Of a stretch of DNA of 64,000 bases, positions 35,035 through 63,644 are shown piece after piece. The stretch spans positions 19,344,001 through 19,408,000 of the forward strand of contig CAIIXF020000001.1 in the NCBI GenBank assembly GCA_903813345.2, in the 5' to 3' direction. The stretch comes from Owenia fusiformis. Taxonomy: Eukaryota. The notes under the pieces are model-generated. The model worked only from the letters and a program-made list of their open reading frames with translations. It made no database searches and was not told the DNA's origin. Position numbers and translations under genes: made by a program. The stretch's first letter is position 1, and every line of letters begins with the position of its first letter.

Positions 35035-36090
35035 ATGGCAACCACAACAGAAACAGTTGTTATGACAACAGGAACAACAACTACACAAAGTTCCAAAGGT
35101 ATGGCAGATTCACACTTGACAGTAATATATGTGATCGTTGGGACTGTTGTCACAGTCCCAGTGCTATGTATTGGTTGCTGCTGTTTAAAAGCTTACTGTC
35201 GAGGACGTGAAGAAAGGAGTGAAAGAAAACGAAAAGAAGAGGAAGTGAAAATGAGGGCCGCACGGGCTGCAGCGAGACATAAACCTGTCAAACCAAAGCA
35301 ACCAGTTATCAACAGCCAGGCCATGGAGAACTATATCAAAACTATAAATGCAAAGAGACTCCCACGCAGTCCAAAAGTTACACCGAAAAAGAGTACAATT
35401 CGAAACAAAGCAAAGTCAAACCAAACAAACAATTTATTGGCAGTTGATCCAAATGGAAACATTGATGAAAGGGGATTTGAGGAAATTAGCCTCAAGAGTG
35501 ATAGCTATACACTTGAAAATGATAAACCAAATGAAAATGCTAAAACAACTAAGAGGACTCATAGGAAAACTCACAAAAACAGTCATTTAAAAGAGAATGG
35601 TAATTCAAAAACAAATGGCCATCCCACTAAACAACAAAGAAATAGCCATTCTAATAGTAAAGATGATTTAAAAATGAATGGCTTGATACATCAGAATGGT
35701 CACATCACTAAAAACGGTCACATTAGAAATCATGGAGATGATGAAGTATTTAGCAATGGGATTGTGAACAGTGGTTTTATAGAGGATACTATAGATGATA
35801 ATATGGAACTTCAAAAACCGCCAAGACCGCCAATCAGAAATGGATACGCTTCATCAAAGGAAAATGGTGGACAAAGTGGACTACATCACTCAAATGGAAA
35901 AACTAAAAGAGCCCATATGAAAGGATTTCAGGAAAGCGATGACGATCATATCATTGATATTGGTGATGCTTCAGAAGCAATGGAACAAGCTACATTAGTA
36001 CATGTAAATGGTACCCATAGCAGTCAATCCAATAGAAAATCTCATCATTCAAAGAAAAATAAACCTCGCGAACATCTTTCATCAGTTTGA
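35035..36090 (+). CDS. Uncharacterised single-pass membrane protein (351 aa if this ATG is used) with a long disordered cytoplasmic tail
   Basis: 1-kb ORF in AT-rich DNA. Acceptor tttcAG at 35001-35002 and strong-context GCCATGG at 35035. Thr-rich N-terminus, TM segment LTVIYVIVGTVVTVPVLCIG, juxtamembrane CCC..C, basic tail ending HLSSV. An upstream coding exon cannot be excluded. Confidence 0.8.
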   Translation: MATTTETVVMTTGTTTTQSSKGMADSHLTVIYVIVGTVVTVPVLCIGCCCLKAYCRGREERSERKRKEEEVKMRAARAAARHKPVKPKQPVINSQAMENYIKTINAKRLPRSPKVTPKKSTIRNKAKSNQTNNLLAVDPNGNIDERGFEEISLKSDSYTLENDKPNENAKTTKRTHRKTHKNSHLKENGNSKTNGHPTKQQRNSHSNSKDDLKMNGLIHQNGHITKNGHIRNHGDDEVFSNGIVNSGFIEDTIDDNMELQKPPRPPIRNGYASSKENGGQSGLHHSNGKTKRAHMKGFQESDDDHIIDIGDASEAMEQATLVHVNGTHSSQSNRKSHHSKKNKPREHLSSV

Positions 36091-37699
36091 AAAAATTATA
36101 TACTGAGACTAAATGAGAAAATCAATGGGAGATAATGATCGTGTTCGTGGAAGGGACTTATTATGCAACATTAATATGTCAATTCTCATGTTATCAACAG
36201 AATTATAACAGACTGCAGTATAATAAAAAACAAAATACCATGTTGGAGATTTCAATAATACAGGGTGGGCCACAAAAAATGCATCCCACTAGTTGATACT
36301 ATTCATATGTTATTTATGATATACCATTGAAAAGATGATTCAATTTATTTGTAAATTTTAATTTAATTAAGAGTATTTACATGTGTATACTTAAATCCTT
36401 AAAAGATTAGATAATGGCTGTGATATTATAACAACAGAATATATGCTGCCATAACAGCATCATTTTTTGAATAACATCCATTTGCTTTAAAGACAATATG
36501 ATTAATTCACCATTTCATTGTAGATTAATCATCTATCCAGTGGTATCATCATTTATGTCTAACTTGTTATGATCATAAATTTTAAGCGATCCATTAGAAT
36601 ACGATATTATAGGATATTAGAATATGATATTATAGGTATTCTTACTCTATGTATATTGGCGCTATAGTAATTGAATTTGGCAATTTATTTTCAACAGGAC
36701 CAATATCCTTGATTTCATTTAATGTATAGCTAAATTGTAAATAGTTCTGCCTCAAATAATGCATTTAAGCTTATTTGCTGAAAAACTGAAATAATTTGAC
36801 ACAATTAATTTTGCAATTAATTTGGCAGTTATCAATTTTTATTTGAATACAAAAGTGCAATGTTTTCCAATTTGATAATGTATGTATTTATATATTTATG
36901 AAATCAGATTTTTACAAACTCATCCAGTTTTGGATGAACAAATCCGTCCATATTATCATATAAATATTTGTAAATATTTTCATTGACAATATTTTGTAAT
37001 GATGCTTTGGAAGATGTCACTTCTAGATTTTGCAGTAACTTTGACAATACATGTCATGTACGATGTAATTTAAGTACAGTACTGTACTTTGACATGTATT
37101 TTATATTTAATGGGACGTGTTAGAAATGATAATCAATTAATAAAAAAGTCTTTATGACAAAGGATATTCACTTGACAAGAGGTCTTGAGGCCAAATCTGT
37201 GATATAATACTGTCTGTTGTTTAATATGGCACATTTAGAACACATTTAGATAAGGTGTTTATAGGAAACCATAGCTTAAGGCATCAACATTGGATCAGAA
37301 TTCTCATGAAGTATAAGCATTTTTATTATTTACATAGAAGTCTTGATTACATTGTTTCTCAATTGTTTTCTCCCGAGGCCATGTTTAAATATTAATCTTT
37401 AAGGCTATTGTGATGTAATATTACAGCATTGTCAGACGTAACACGTGATCCAACACATGATCGATGAATGTTGAAGTGATATGTCATAGCATACAAAATT
37501 TCATTTCTTATTTTACCAATATCAGTCAACAATGCTTTTACTTGAATTAAGCATGTACATTTTTGAATTTCTATGCTTCTATGAAAAAGTTTCAAACACT
37601 GAAATTTTAAAGTGTTTAGATAACATGTTTTTTATCTCACACTGTGTGAGTTAATGTATTAATGTAATCGCTCACTCATTTGTACCTTTAATAACAATT

Positions 37700-37818
37700 C
37701 AAAAAGGTTTCCTTTTAAAATATGGCATCTAAAGTTAAAAAAAGTGGTAGCCAATTTCATTGCCAAAATCAGGTTTTCAACACGTTCACCATGTGAGTCC
37801 AGTACCCATGGTACTGTT
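37700..37818 (+). mobile_element. 3'-end fragment of HINE family 1
   Basis: caccatgtgag.ccagtacccatggtact matches 27674-27702. Confidence 0.65.
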
Positions 37819-37980
37819 AAATACATACTGCTTTACCATCTTCATTCGCAGGCTAAAGCAGAGTCCTCAAATCCTAACTTTGAGCATTTTATTGATTTCA
37901 ATGAGCAAGTTTAATTTTTTATTGGAAATGGTACCAGGCTGCCTTGTACTTTGTTTATTTTACTGAAATGAATTAACATC

Positions 37981-38309
37981 TATTATTACCACCTTGCCGG
38001 GCCAGTTCTAGGGGTTTTAGTGCTAGTTTAGAAGGCGTTTATTTTACTATATCGACCTGAGAAATGTGTGACGTCATAGTGGTGGTCCATATGGACCGGT
38101 CTAGAATATATTCTGGACCGGCAATTTTCCCCGGGAAATTAGATATCGTTCAATGCGTAAGATTTTCTTGCTGTTTCAGTCCTGGTCGTTAACGGTGGTA
38201 ATAATACTAATAACGTCATTTCTGCGAGCAATATAGTGAAATATTGGACCTTGGGCCTTTGGCCCTCGGTCCAATATTTCACTATATCGCCCTTAGAAAT
38301 GACGTTATT
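37981..38309. mobile_element. Composite palindromic element: TIR-bounded segment plus a 101-bp hairpin
   Basis: tattattaccacc (37981) / ggtggtaataata (38206), then near-perfect palindrome 38209-38309 (aataacgtcatttct..atatagtgaaatattggacc..ggtccaatatttcactatat..agaaatgacgttatt). Confidence 0.7.
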
Positions 38310-38766
38310 GTACTATTATATGGTTGACATGTATATTATGAACTTGACATAATTAATAATAAAATATGTTTTTAAAGATCTATGAGATTAAGCATTATAA
38401 AAAGTATATGTATTTAAATATTATGTATATTATTTAAAAGACAAATATCTGAATCTTAGAGGTTTTGTATTCTAAAATATGGTTGACATTGTTTTATTTT
38501 TCACTGGAGGTGAAATAAAGCTTACTCTTATAAAGATATATTGTCAAGCAGTTTTTATTCAAAAATTTTAAACCAAGAACTGTATGATTTTAGCAATTTC
38601 TATTCAAATGTTTAACAGTATGTGGTTTATACATAGACCCACCTAGCATTATAAATGTTAGAGTGCTGCTGTTTTAAAAGCATATGTCTAAATAAAAATA
38701 AATAAATAACAAAACTGTATTTGTTGTGTGGTGTTATGTCGTGGTTATTTAATACACAGAAAATAC

Positions 38767-39045
38767 TAGTTCAACAAGTTAAACCCAATACCACGACTTT
38801 CATTTATTAATCTGAATGTTCTTGTTGCCGTGATTGGGTTTAACTTCCGTGCTATGCTTTCATTGGTTGCAAATTCTCACTCTCAGTTATTAATAAAACA
38901 TGCATAAAATTCCATGCGCTGCCATAGGCCACCATTAAATTTTTTGCATCAAGGGCCGAATAGGCACGGACGTTAAACCTAGGGCGAGCCACACGATATG
39001 TCAGATAAGAAATAAGGCCCAGACTAGGTTTAACTTGTTGAACTA
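38767..39045. mobile_element. MITE with TAG...CTA ends
   Basis: 19-bp perfect TIRs tagttcaacaagttaaacc / ggtttaacttgttgaacta. No clear TSD. Confidence 0.75.
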
Positions 39046-41423
39046 AGAGAATGCAAGCAGTGTTTAGATGTTTAGATAGTAAACCAATGATAGATTGTAA
39101 CAAAAGGATTTCCAGATAATAGAAATTACTGAATGAATGAAATATATCTTAATTAAGGGACAATATATCAATATACACCCACAGACATTCAAATATGGGT
39201 GTATACATTTTTAATAAGTCTTTTTTGCTTTTTTTAAATCTTCATCCAGTGTTATGTTTTGTGGCAACACATAAACAATGGCCAAGTCCTTACATTAAGT
39301 ATTGGTTGCTATTTGTCCATGGACAAAATGATTAATAACTACCCAAGCTCCAATACTCCTACTATTTTCATATGATGTCATACCATGAGGAAAGAATATA
39401 TAGCAACAGTATCTATAAACACAATAAGCGATGGAGTCTAATTATCAACAGTTGTGGAATAAGTGAATTAGTTTTGTTAAGGGGAGGGGGTAAATAATGG
39501 TTTCATCAGGGGATAGTGTTGATGTTTAATATACAAGTAAAAGAAAAATGAACACTTTAAAATTTCGTAAGATGAGGGGAGGGGAGGTCAAACCATAAAA
39601 AAATTGAATTTTACAAATTTAACTTTTTCCAGGACTATACACCATCCCTAATTGAATTATTAACACAAATGGTCAAATTGAAATCAAAGTTTAAGGCAAA
39701 TAACAATTATTTCTTGCTTGTCTTAATATCCTACGGCTGATTCAACTAACAACATTAAGCACATTGTACATTGAAGTATTGGTCAAACCCACACATTAAT
39801 CCCAATAATACAGAATTAGACTGACAAATATATTACTTATCATCTGAGGCATTAGAGACCATTATCGTTCTCCACATAAAACTGATTTGTGTTTTTGTTT
39901 CTATGGCAACTATTTATTATAAATGATTCACTCTAGCTATTAGATTTCAAACAATGGATTATTCCTTGAGATAATCCAAGTTTTAGAATAATAACATGAT
40001 GTATATACTGCTGATGTGTCAAAAGGTGTAATAATTTGTATTTTAATAAATAAAATCCACATAAATAAGTCAGTGATTGAAGATTCAATTTTAGATACAC
40101 CCAAGTAATATTGATACATGAGTCTGTTTGATCCTTTATCTCCGACTCTTAAAGAATTATACGAGTTTGAGCATCAGTCGACTGATTACTTATTAGATTC
40201 TTGATTTATAGTTTTTCACCTGACAAAACCTGACAGTATCATTATTTTTCTCATGAAAAAATCATGGGATTGCGGGGTTCCACTATTTGCACGAGTCAAT
40301 AGATCCTGATTCATCAGTTTGAAAAGTTTTGTAGCATCTCTATAACGTTTTCCAGTTATAAGCCCACTGGTCCTATACACAGATCAGTGATTATCTGGGT
40401 TTCTGAATTATGTATGAAGCACGAGCCCATTGATTGAGAGTCTAGATGGCAGCCAACTAGAGTATTTCAAGATGTTGACATCGACAGAATAATTTCTTAC
40501 ACAAAATCTTTATGTAAACAAAGTCTGGCAAACACCCCACATTCATAAAGTCTCCACTCCCTAATGATCCCCTGATCTGAAAAGTTGTGATGATTCTATC
40601 CCAACCTTTTTCCTAATACCTCTATAGTCAATTGGACAAGTAAATAATACGAATTGGAGAACTTATCCTTAGAGGACCTTAATTCTATCTGTACTGTACA
40701 AGTTTTCTTCAAAATGTTTCACTGAACCTCTCATATTGCAGTATTGCACTCAATGCTCAATAGTCAATGCAATTGAAATTCCATCGATTCACTCCCACAA
40801 TATGAATCTATTTACTTTTGCATCATCAATGTTTAGAAAATTCATAACGCCTTGTGTGATCAGAATAGACTAAATAGTTAATCTATTAATGGGGGTTGTT
40901 TCTTCATTCTATTAACAAATTAACCACTAAGAGTTTCATAAATCATGAATATGCATGAGCTAACATCGCCATTTGGACGCGACAATACGTCATAGTTTTT
41001 ATAATGTATAAATACCTGGCTTTTTTGTGAACTATATTGGTTTTACAGTCTCAGAATTGCATCTGAGAACAAGCTCGAGATGCCATTGAGGTGCTATGTT
41101 TGGATCCTACAGGGCAATTTTTATCTCTGTTTTAGTAGTCTGCATGAAAAATTAATGATCATTTTGTCTCGATGCATTGTGTTAGCATGCTACTGATCCG
41201 TAATCATTTATGTCTGTATGATTTGATACAGAACAAAACAAAGCGGCCAGTCATGTAATATCATGGGCTCTCAATTAGATGGTAATGTGTAACAATTTCA
41301 CAGCAGTTTCTCAAGGGAGAAATTAATAATTAAGAATAGACTGACATAGTTTTTTTCAGATTGCTATTTGTTGTTTGTTGATATAATAACTATGGTCTAA
41401 CATAGATAGCAAATGTTTTATGT

Positions 41424-41523
41424 TGAGTTCCCAAATCTTATCATTTGTTCACATTTCGAGTTCCCAAATCTTATCATTTGTTCACATTTCGAGTTCCAAA
41501 ATCTTATCATTTGTTCACATTTC
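41424..41523. repeat. 33-34-bp tandem repeat x3
   Basis: gagttcccaaatcttatcatttgttcacatttc. Confidence 0.85.
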
Positions 41524-42295
41524 TATTTGGTCAACAAAACTGAATCTTGCCAATTAATCAATTTCACCTGATTTGACCTTTGGGCTGACTAAGCTCACTA
41601 AGTCATATCTCATCAAGTATAGTTTATTTCAGAAAAGTACATTTTTTATGAAATTGGCTGAGGAACGAGTAAACAATGTAAAGTAATAATTCCTGACCCA
41701 TTATACTATTTACCTTTGATAGCTCTTAATGGGTTATTATATGCCTTCCATGATTTGTGAGGAACAAGAACAATAACCATGAAGTGCCAAAGAAAAACAA
41801 GTTACTCAACAATATTAGAGCAACAGACAAACTTAATTGGGGCATCCAAGTTAATGATTTGACTTTCAAAACAACAGTCAAGAGATTATGAAAGAGTTCT
41901 GAAAATCTATGTCGGAAAATAATTTCAATTGAATTTATCAATAAACTAGAAACAATACAAACTTTTCCTTCTCCCGAGTTTCTCAATTATAGGAAATATT
42001 GACTGCATTCTGTTTGTTTCCTGGCTAGCTCATACAATTGAAATAGTAGTGGAAATGAAAATTATTTATTACGCCAAATTATGAACAGAGCGACCCCATT
42101 AAGTGCCACCAGAGTGCCAGAAGGTGATCAATAATACAAAAGAAGCAACAGAAACAATGAATACTAAAGCCACAAGATAAAAGGCTGCAAACCATTAAAT
42201 ACAAGCTAGGGACTTTGTGATAAAATTGCGATGAGCTAATGGACATTTACTATAATCTGTAACGATCCCAGAAGATTCATACTGCTGTACATAAC

Positions 42296-42530
42296 AAAGG
42301 ATTGGTATTGATATGGTGAACTGAATTTAACATTGTTTTTCTCTTAAACATATTATCAAAAACGTTCTGTAAAAACACATGATCCTTTATGTAATGGTCA
42401 CTGATAGACAATAATTTAATGCAAACATCATTTTTTATATAATTTTATTTGTGAAAAATTTTGAAATTTTTGATGACTGGTTTGAGAAACATGTGTTCAA
42501 TTCAGTTCACCATATCGATACCAATCCTTT
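42296..42530. mobile_element. MITE with AAAGG...CCTTT ends
   Basis: TIRs aaaggattggtattgatatggtgaactgaatt / aattcagttcaccatatcgataccaatccttt. Confidence 0.82.
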
Positions 42531-45500
42531 ACAAGTCAAAGTCCTGACTGATTCAGGCAGAAAATGCTTTAAGGTGTATTTATACTTTTAATGAAAATTG
42601 ATTTGAAGGGTCTGGTATATAATGATATATCGCTATATCTTTTATTCTCGTAGATATCCTTATCACAGACTTGTTAACTCAAAAATAGGAGTTATTTATT
42701 TTGTTATATTACAGTAATAATTATTTATTGGAAAGTCGCCATGACACGCAACATCAAAGTCTATTTAATTGCATGGTTTCAACTTGTCATGTCATGATAA
42801 ATTCCATTATGGTTGCCATAAATCGCATCCTCCATATTCACCTTCATTTGCATGCTATACTATGCTATTTTCAAGGGTTAAAAGTAAGTCTGTCTTTGGA
42901 GAATGAGTAAAACTTTTCTGATTAGACCTTTATATACATTATAGAACCATACAATTTATAGAACCATCAATTTAATAAAAAATAACAATGATTCATCAGA
43001 CCATAAGCACTTTTCAATGTACCATAAATATTCATGGGGCCATGAATACTTCTCAACACCTATATTACCACAAGTACTAAAAATTATCAAACCATGCACA
43101 CTATTCATCCAGCATATCTGACCACACATACTATTCAGAAGACCATGAATACTATTCATGATGCCCATTTGGTCACAAATACCATTCATCAAACCATGTG
43201 TACTATCAAGAAACCAGATACTATTCAAATGCATATTTTTCCTCCATGCGGATATTCTTGTCGCTTTAAAGAGAGGGCTTTCGTCATAATGTTACATTAT
43301 TCACTCTGTTTTATTATTCTAGTGTATAGCTTCATTTCTGAGGCCTTCTTGATTAGTACAGAAAAATATAAAAATCTCTGTAATTCTTATGTATTGTATT
43401 GATTGAACCAATATTACATTTTAAGAAAATTCCTAACGTGACAAAATGTATAGAAGGACCAGACAGGGACATTATTTTAATAACATCATATTGATTTGTA
43501 TTCAAAGTGAATCAATGTAATTACAGTATTTACTTAGATTTAAAATTCAGTAGAGATAAAAATTCAATTGGTTTTTCTGCATTCATATTGTCCAAAAATA
43601 AGTCAAACATTTGTAACTTCTGAATGGTTTCAATATAGTATCTGTTTATTAAAATTAAAATAATTAATAACTATCAATTTATAATAAAAAATAGTTAATA
43701 ATTTATTAATTTACTTTCCAAATGATAAACGACAATTTGATTACGATGGTATTGGTATAGAGTTATAGACTAGTAATATTGAATCGTTAGCATTTCTACT
43801 GGAGACAAATACAGACTCGTGTTTTCCATATCAAACAAAACGTGACAATTTTGATGAAACCTGAAACTTACAAAGAAAGATCTTAGGAACAGCAGGGATG
43901 GCATCTGATTGACTAAATAACAATGGGGCAATTTATTGAAGACACGATGCAATAACAATCACCTGGGAGGCGACATTTGAGTGACTTCTTTCTTTGAAAC
44001 ACAATATTAGTATACAGTCCATGTAATGTGCAGTTGTACACTGTATGTATAAATGTATTGGAACATGTTTAATGCAAGAATATGGCAGAAATCTCAGGGA
44101 TAAGGACTTATATGTCAAATACATATATAAAGAAGGCATTAACATGAAAAATTTCACCACCTGCCATTTGTTACAGACACCAAAGGCCAACCACTGAACA
44201 CTGTCCACAAAGAGACTTTATGATGATGACATAAATAAAGCATAAGACCAAAGAGACAAAACAGAGCAAGAAAATATACATTGGAGAGCACCACCAAGCA
44301 AAAGGAAAACAAACCCCCAATATCCCAAACATTGATCTGACATACAAAGAAACAATGTTTAGTACTAGCTACCCACTGTCACACAATACAGGAATAAAGT
44401 AATCACATAGCTGAAAATTGTTTTAAAAAGATTACTTGTGAGATTCCTAATAAGCAGTATCTTAAATTCACGAAGTGTAATTTCCACGAAATAACCTCAA
44501 GTATCACTCTTTGTTCCTTTGACTCATCCAATCATCAAGCCACAAAGCCCACTTCTAGACATCTAAGACTAAGAATAGTTCTGTTTTATGGTCTCCTGGC
44601 TTGACCAACCTAATAACACCAAAGATGAACATCTTCTGATCATCCAAAACAAGACAATAAAAGAACTAGTAATCACTGTAAAAGCTGCACTCAACACCCT
44701 AGGTTATAAGAAAACTCTAGTTAACAAAGACTACAAAGTGACATACTATCATAAGGGAATCTAAACTAGTGTGCTCACACCTACTGACATGCTTTCCTAT
44801 AGGACCTACTGACATGCTTTCATATAGGACTTACTGACACGCTTTCCTAAGAGAATTTAATAAAGGTGGCCATGCCTACTAGACTGGCATGCTATCCGAA
44901 GGAAACACTTGGTTATGTTGCAGCCACAGAAGAATGTTTAATCAAGTCATACACTGAGAAAAAATACTTTTCTATAAAGCTTTTATTAATCAAAACCCCG
45001 TAGTTCATACTGCAATAAGATTGCACAGCGATACCCTATAATCTTTTTACAAACATGCAATGTTTTGTTTCTATTTGCCGTTGTAATATTTATAATTTGC
45101 GTGTGTAAATCCACTGAATGCGAAGCCTCAGACATCAAAGTTCCATGTTTACAAAGTATGGAACCAAGAACTATAAATACATTATCAACTCTTCAAAACA
45201 AGGTATTAACATGCAAAATGTCACAACCTGCCATTTGTTACAAATGCCAACTGGCAAACACCAATCGCCAAATGCAAACACCATTCAGAAAATGGTTGGA
45301 GAATACAACAATATGTCTTCTGGTGATGACATAAAAACACTACAAGACTGAAGAATTAAGTTGGATATTGTTCAAAGTTACTTTAGGTATTAAAGTTTAA
45401 TTAACAAGTACAATATTTAATGGTTATTCAACTGACAGTGAATGGGTACAGTAGTTCAATAAACAGCTGTTTAATATAACAAACAATGAACATTGTATTA

Positions 45501-46944
45501 TAAACAAAAGCATCATTTAGATTTTAGTAACCTTTCTTTATATTCTATATTCAATTCTGAGTTACAATCGTTCATAAGTTTTTTTTTCTTTAAAATCGAT
45601 GATTTTAACTGCAAAAATAATCACTGACTGACACATCTATTCGTGATGGTTAATATGCATATCTACATGTTGGACACCTTATATTAAGACGCATATTTAA
45701 ATTTAACTTAAACTATATTTTCCTTATATACATTCATATACATTAAAATACCTACTTGTGACACTTGGAGTGACAGATACTTTAATTTAGAAACTAAATT
45801 TTCTTTTTATTTATGATACACATTTGATACAACCTTGACATTTGGATGCCTTGAAATCTTACACTTTTCTGACATTTGGCAATGCCTTGACTTTTGGCTT
45901 GAGTATGTGTCCATCTATTGAAGTAATAGTATAGGCTCTGAGGGGTGGATAAAATTTATTTCCCCAAATCAAGGAGACATCTAATACGATAAACCCTATT
46001 TCAGCTAAGCATTGTATTTGAAGGATTGTTACAGTAGAGCGTTTCATATAAAATATTACAGCATTTTTATTCCTTTAGGACGAAAATATTTTTGATAAAA
46101 TTTTCAAATGTGATGGATGAATAAATTTGTTTGTACGATCAAATTTGTCAGATATAAGAAATATCTACATGTATTATCAAATCTATGACCACTTGTTAGT
46201 GAAAAAATCACATTTAAAGTCTTATCTTATATTGGAAAAATAGCTGTATAAGTAATATACCTTTACAGTTTACTGTATTATAAATCTTGTATTGTAAGCT
46301 CTAGCCACAATAGTATATTGTCTTGTTACATGATATCTCAGTTGGCCTATTAAACACAAGAAAATATACTTAGATGCTACAGATACACATCTCTAAAAAA
46401 AACTCAGCACTAAAGTTTTTCTGGGTCCACTTTTCAAATATGCTCGCCTTGACGATTGGCCTTAATGTGTGACCATTAAGCTTATTTAGCATATGCATAT
46501 ATTTAAACTCAATCATTTTAGCAGATTTTCATGTTGAAATATAATTCAATCGATGAATATAAATACATTTGATAGAATGTTCCCAGATAACATAATATTA
46601 ATATTTGTTTTGGTTTTTATTACAGTTGTATACACATGCACGTTTCTATTCAATACGGTTTATTAATTTTTAAGTACATGGAGCATAAGTATCTACAAGT
46701 TTTTATTTACACATTCTTATTACAAAGTTATAACTACAATATACAGTAATATTTACAAATTAATAAATATTTGCAATTGTATACTGGCCTAAATTGAACC
46801 TGATATAAAATGATAGGATCCCAAAAAATATATCATGGACTTTGGCATATTTTTTTCCAGGAAATGTGACCTTTAGATATATTAGATACCACCTTGCTAA
46901 GTTTCAACAAGGCACATGACTTGAACGAGATCACACCATCGAAA

Positions 46945-47225
46945 ATTCTTTAAATTGGAAACCAGAAAACTAGATACCCGCCCAAAAGTTAATAAGCTCT
47001 AGAACTTTATGTCCTCTATCATGTGAGTGAATTTGGAGAAAATTCGATGAGCGGTTTTCCTAAAATGGTGATGACAAGATTTACTGAAAACCTTCAAAAT
47101 GGCCACCAGAAAACAAGATAGCCACTCAAAAGATATTCAGGTCTAGAACTTGACATCCTTTATCATGTATGTGAGTTTGGAGAAAATCTGATGAGCGGTT
47201 TTCCTGAAATTGCGATGACAAAAAA
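46945..47225. repeat. Two tandem ~145-bp units (satellite or transposon core remnant)
   Basis: accagaaaac.agata..tctagaactt..tatcatgt..gtga.tttggagaaaat..gatgagcggttttcct occurs twice. Confidence 0.7.
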
Positions 47226-47614
47226 GCGTGACGATCATGACCACGATCCCAATAACTATCTGTGTGCTAAAAAGGTTGTAGCGAGGATGGTGGAGGGTAC
47301 TGGGTAGGGAAATATTTCGATTTCGAATTACGCATTCTCCCCTAATGTGTCAATATTCACATTAAATGTGAAAAATATAAACAAATATGTCAATAATTAT
47401 TAGTAATATACACTGGTATACATATAGCACACTGCTATTGCACTCAATGCAATAATTCCATTATATGGAATTCTAATCACAAAAATATTCAGGTTTCTGT
47501 CCTTTCAAAAGCATATATTTTTCTATATTCACATTGTCATACATCATGCGTATTGTACACTTTAAGTAGCTCAAGAAAAGCATTGTTTAAGCATCTAAGT
47601 TTCTAAATATTGTA

Positions 47615-47930
47615 CATAAAGATGTGGTCAAGTACACCAAGATGTAGTCAAGTACACCAAGATGTTGTGAAGCACACAAAGGTGTAATCAACTACTTCAA
47701 GATAGTTCAGTTCACAGAGACGTAGTTGATTACACCAAGATGTAGTCAAGTACATCACAATGTAGTTAATTGCACCACAATGTTGTTACGTACACCAAGA
47801 TGTTGTTATGTACACCAAGATGTAGTTAAGCACACTAAGGTGTAGTAATGCACACCAAAATGTAGTAAAGTACACCAAGATGTTGTAACATACATGCAAA
47901 TACACCATCATATAGTGGAGTACATCAACA
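47615..47930. repeat. Degenerate 20-bp minisatellite
   Basis: tacaccaagatgtagtcaag about 15 copies. Confidence 0.85.
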
Positions 47931-48682
47931 TAATGTTACAGTCTGATATTTCATGAACACCAATACTTTAGCCATGGACCCTAACCTGTGTAGTCATGCA
48001 CAACTTATTTCAGTATGTAACCAACATTTAATCATGTACACAAATGAAAAGATATACAAAGAGTGTCGAAAATGTTGCCATCACTCAAAAGAAACTACAA
48101 GTTGCCATTACTCAAAAGAAACTACAAAACTATAATCAGTTGAAAAGGAGAATTATAGCAACATATTGTAATAGTCTCTCCTCCTTGAACAGGTGATATC
48201 TTCCCACAGTATAGTAAAGATGGAACCTTCATCCAATAGTGAACTTTGGCAATCAATTTACTTCTAAACGCGTTATAATCAATGGCCAATAAGGACAATG
48301 TCAGAAAACATAACAAAATAACACAACATCTTCTCAAAAATTCAGTTACTTCTTGAAACCCTGTATATGGCCCTTCAAATAATAAACCTGAAGGCAAAAA
48401 TATATTTGTGATAATATAGAGGTAGTCACTTTGAAGGCACTCAAACACCTGCAAAGTGAGATCAAATCATAAACTAATTCAAGATAGGCTCGAGAGAATG
48501 AGTATCTATCTTATCAACCTTTCACATGGAGGTTTTTACACTGATTTCATATGCAAGTGGCAAAAAATCATTCGACCAAGCCCACCTTAATTTAATTATT
48601 TTAATCTGTGATTTGTAAAAGAGACTTCCAATATGCCCTAATAGATCTCCAAGGTTATATCAATTGCAAACATGGTCTAACA

Positions 48683-48900
48683 ATACTGTATAAGTGGTAA
48701 TTTTGCCTGATCATTTAATTTGCCTATTGCCTAATTTTTGCCAGGCTCGGAAAATTAAATGTCGGAAATATTGTCTTCATAATGTTATGTTATCCAATAG
48801 AAAGTTTTTCTTGTCATTAGGAAAATTAGAATTAGGAAAGTGATAAAATTTGAGCATTCCGCAAATTAACCACTCAGATTAAATACCACTTATACAGTAT
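48683..48900. mobile_element. MITE with TA-flanked CTGTA ends
   Basis: atactgtataagtggta / taccacttatacagtat inverted repeats. Confidence 0.75.
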
Positions 48901-49323
48901 ATTGTAAAGAGGTGGACCGGTACATTTAAAACACACTCGACAACTGTCACAAGAATACTTTTACAATCATCAATGAAATAAAAGCACTTCATATTTAACA
49001 ACCAGATCCAGGGTATTATTGTCTTTCCAAAAGCAAACATTAAATTTATTATCTAAATATTTGATTCTGTAATTTTCTTTAAATCTAAAGACTGGCCCCA
49101 TATCATGAGATATATCGAAGTTTGTCTCTAAGTAACAAAGATAAACAGTCAACGTGTCATAAAAACATATCAAGATCTATGTATTAATCTCAATGTGTTC
49201 TAGACTTTGAAAATATCTACATCCGAATATATAGATGTCCTTTCAGCTGATGCATGACAGTAATCTCATATAATATATACAATTGAAAGACTTTCTGGTA
49301 TAACATATCCAAGACACTAAGTA

Positions 49324-63644
<14,321 letters not shown>

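Noticed and set aside
48122-48454. 110-aa minus-strand ORF downstream of the FAM135 stop
   Set aside because: No recognisable motifs. Probably 3' UTR or intergenic.
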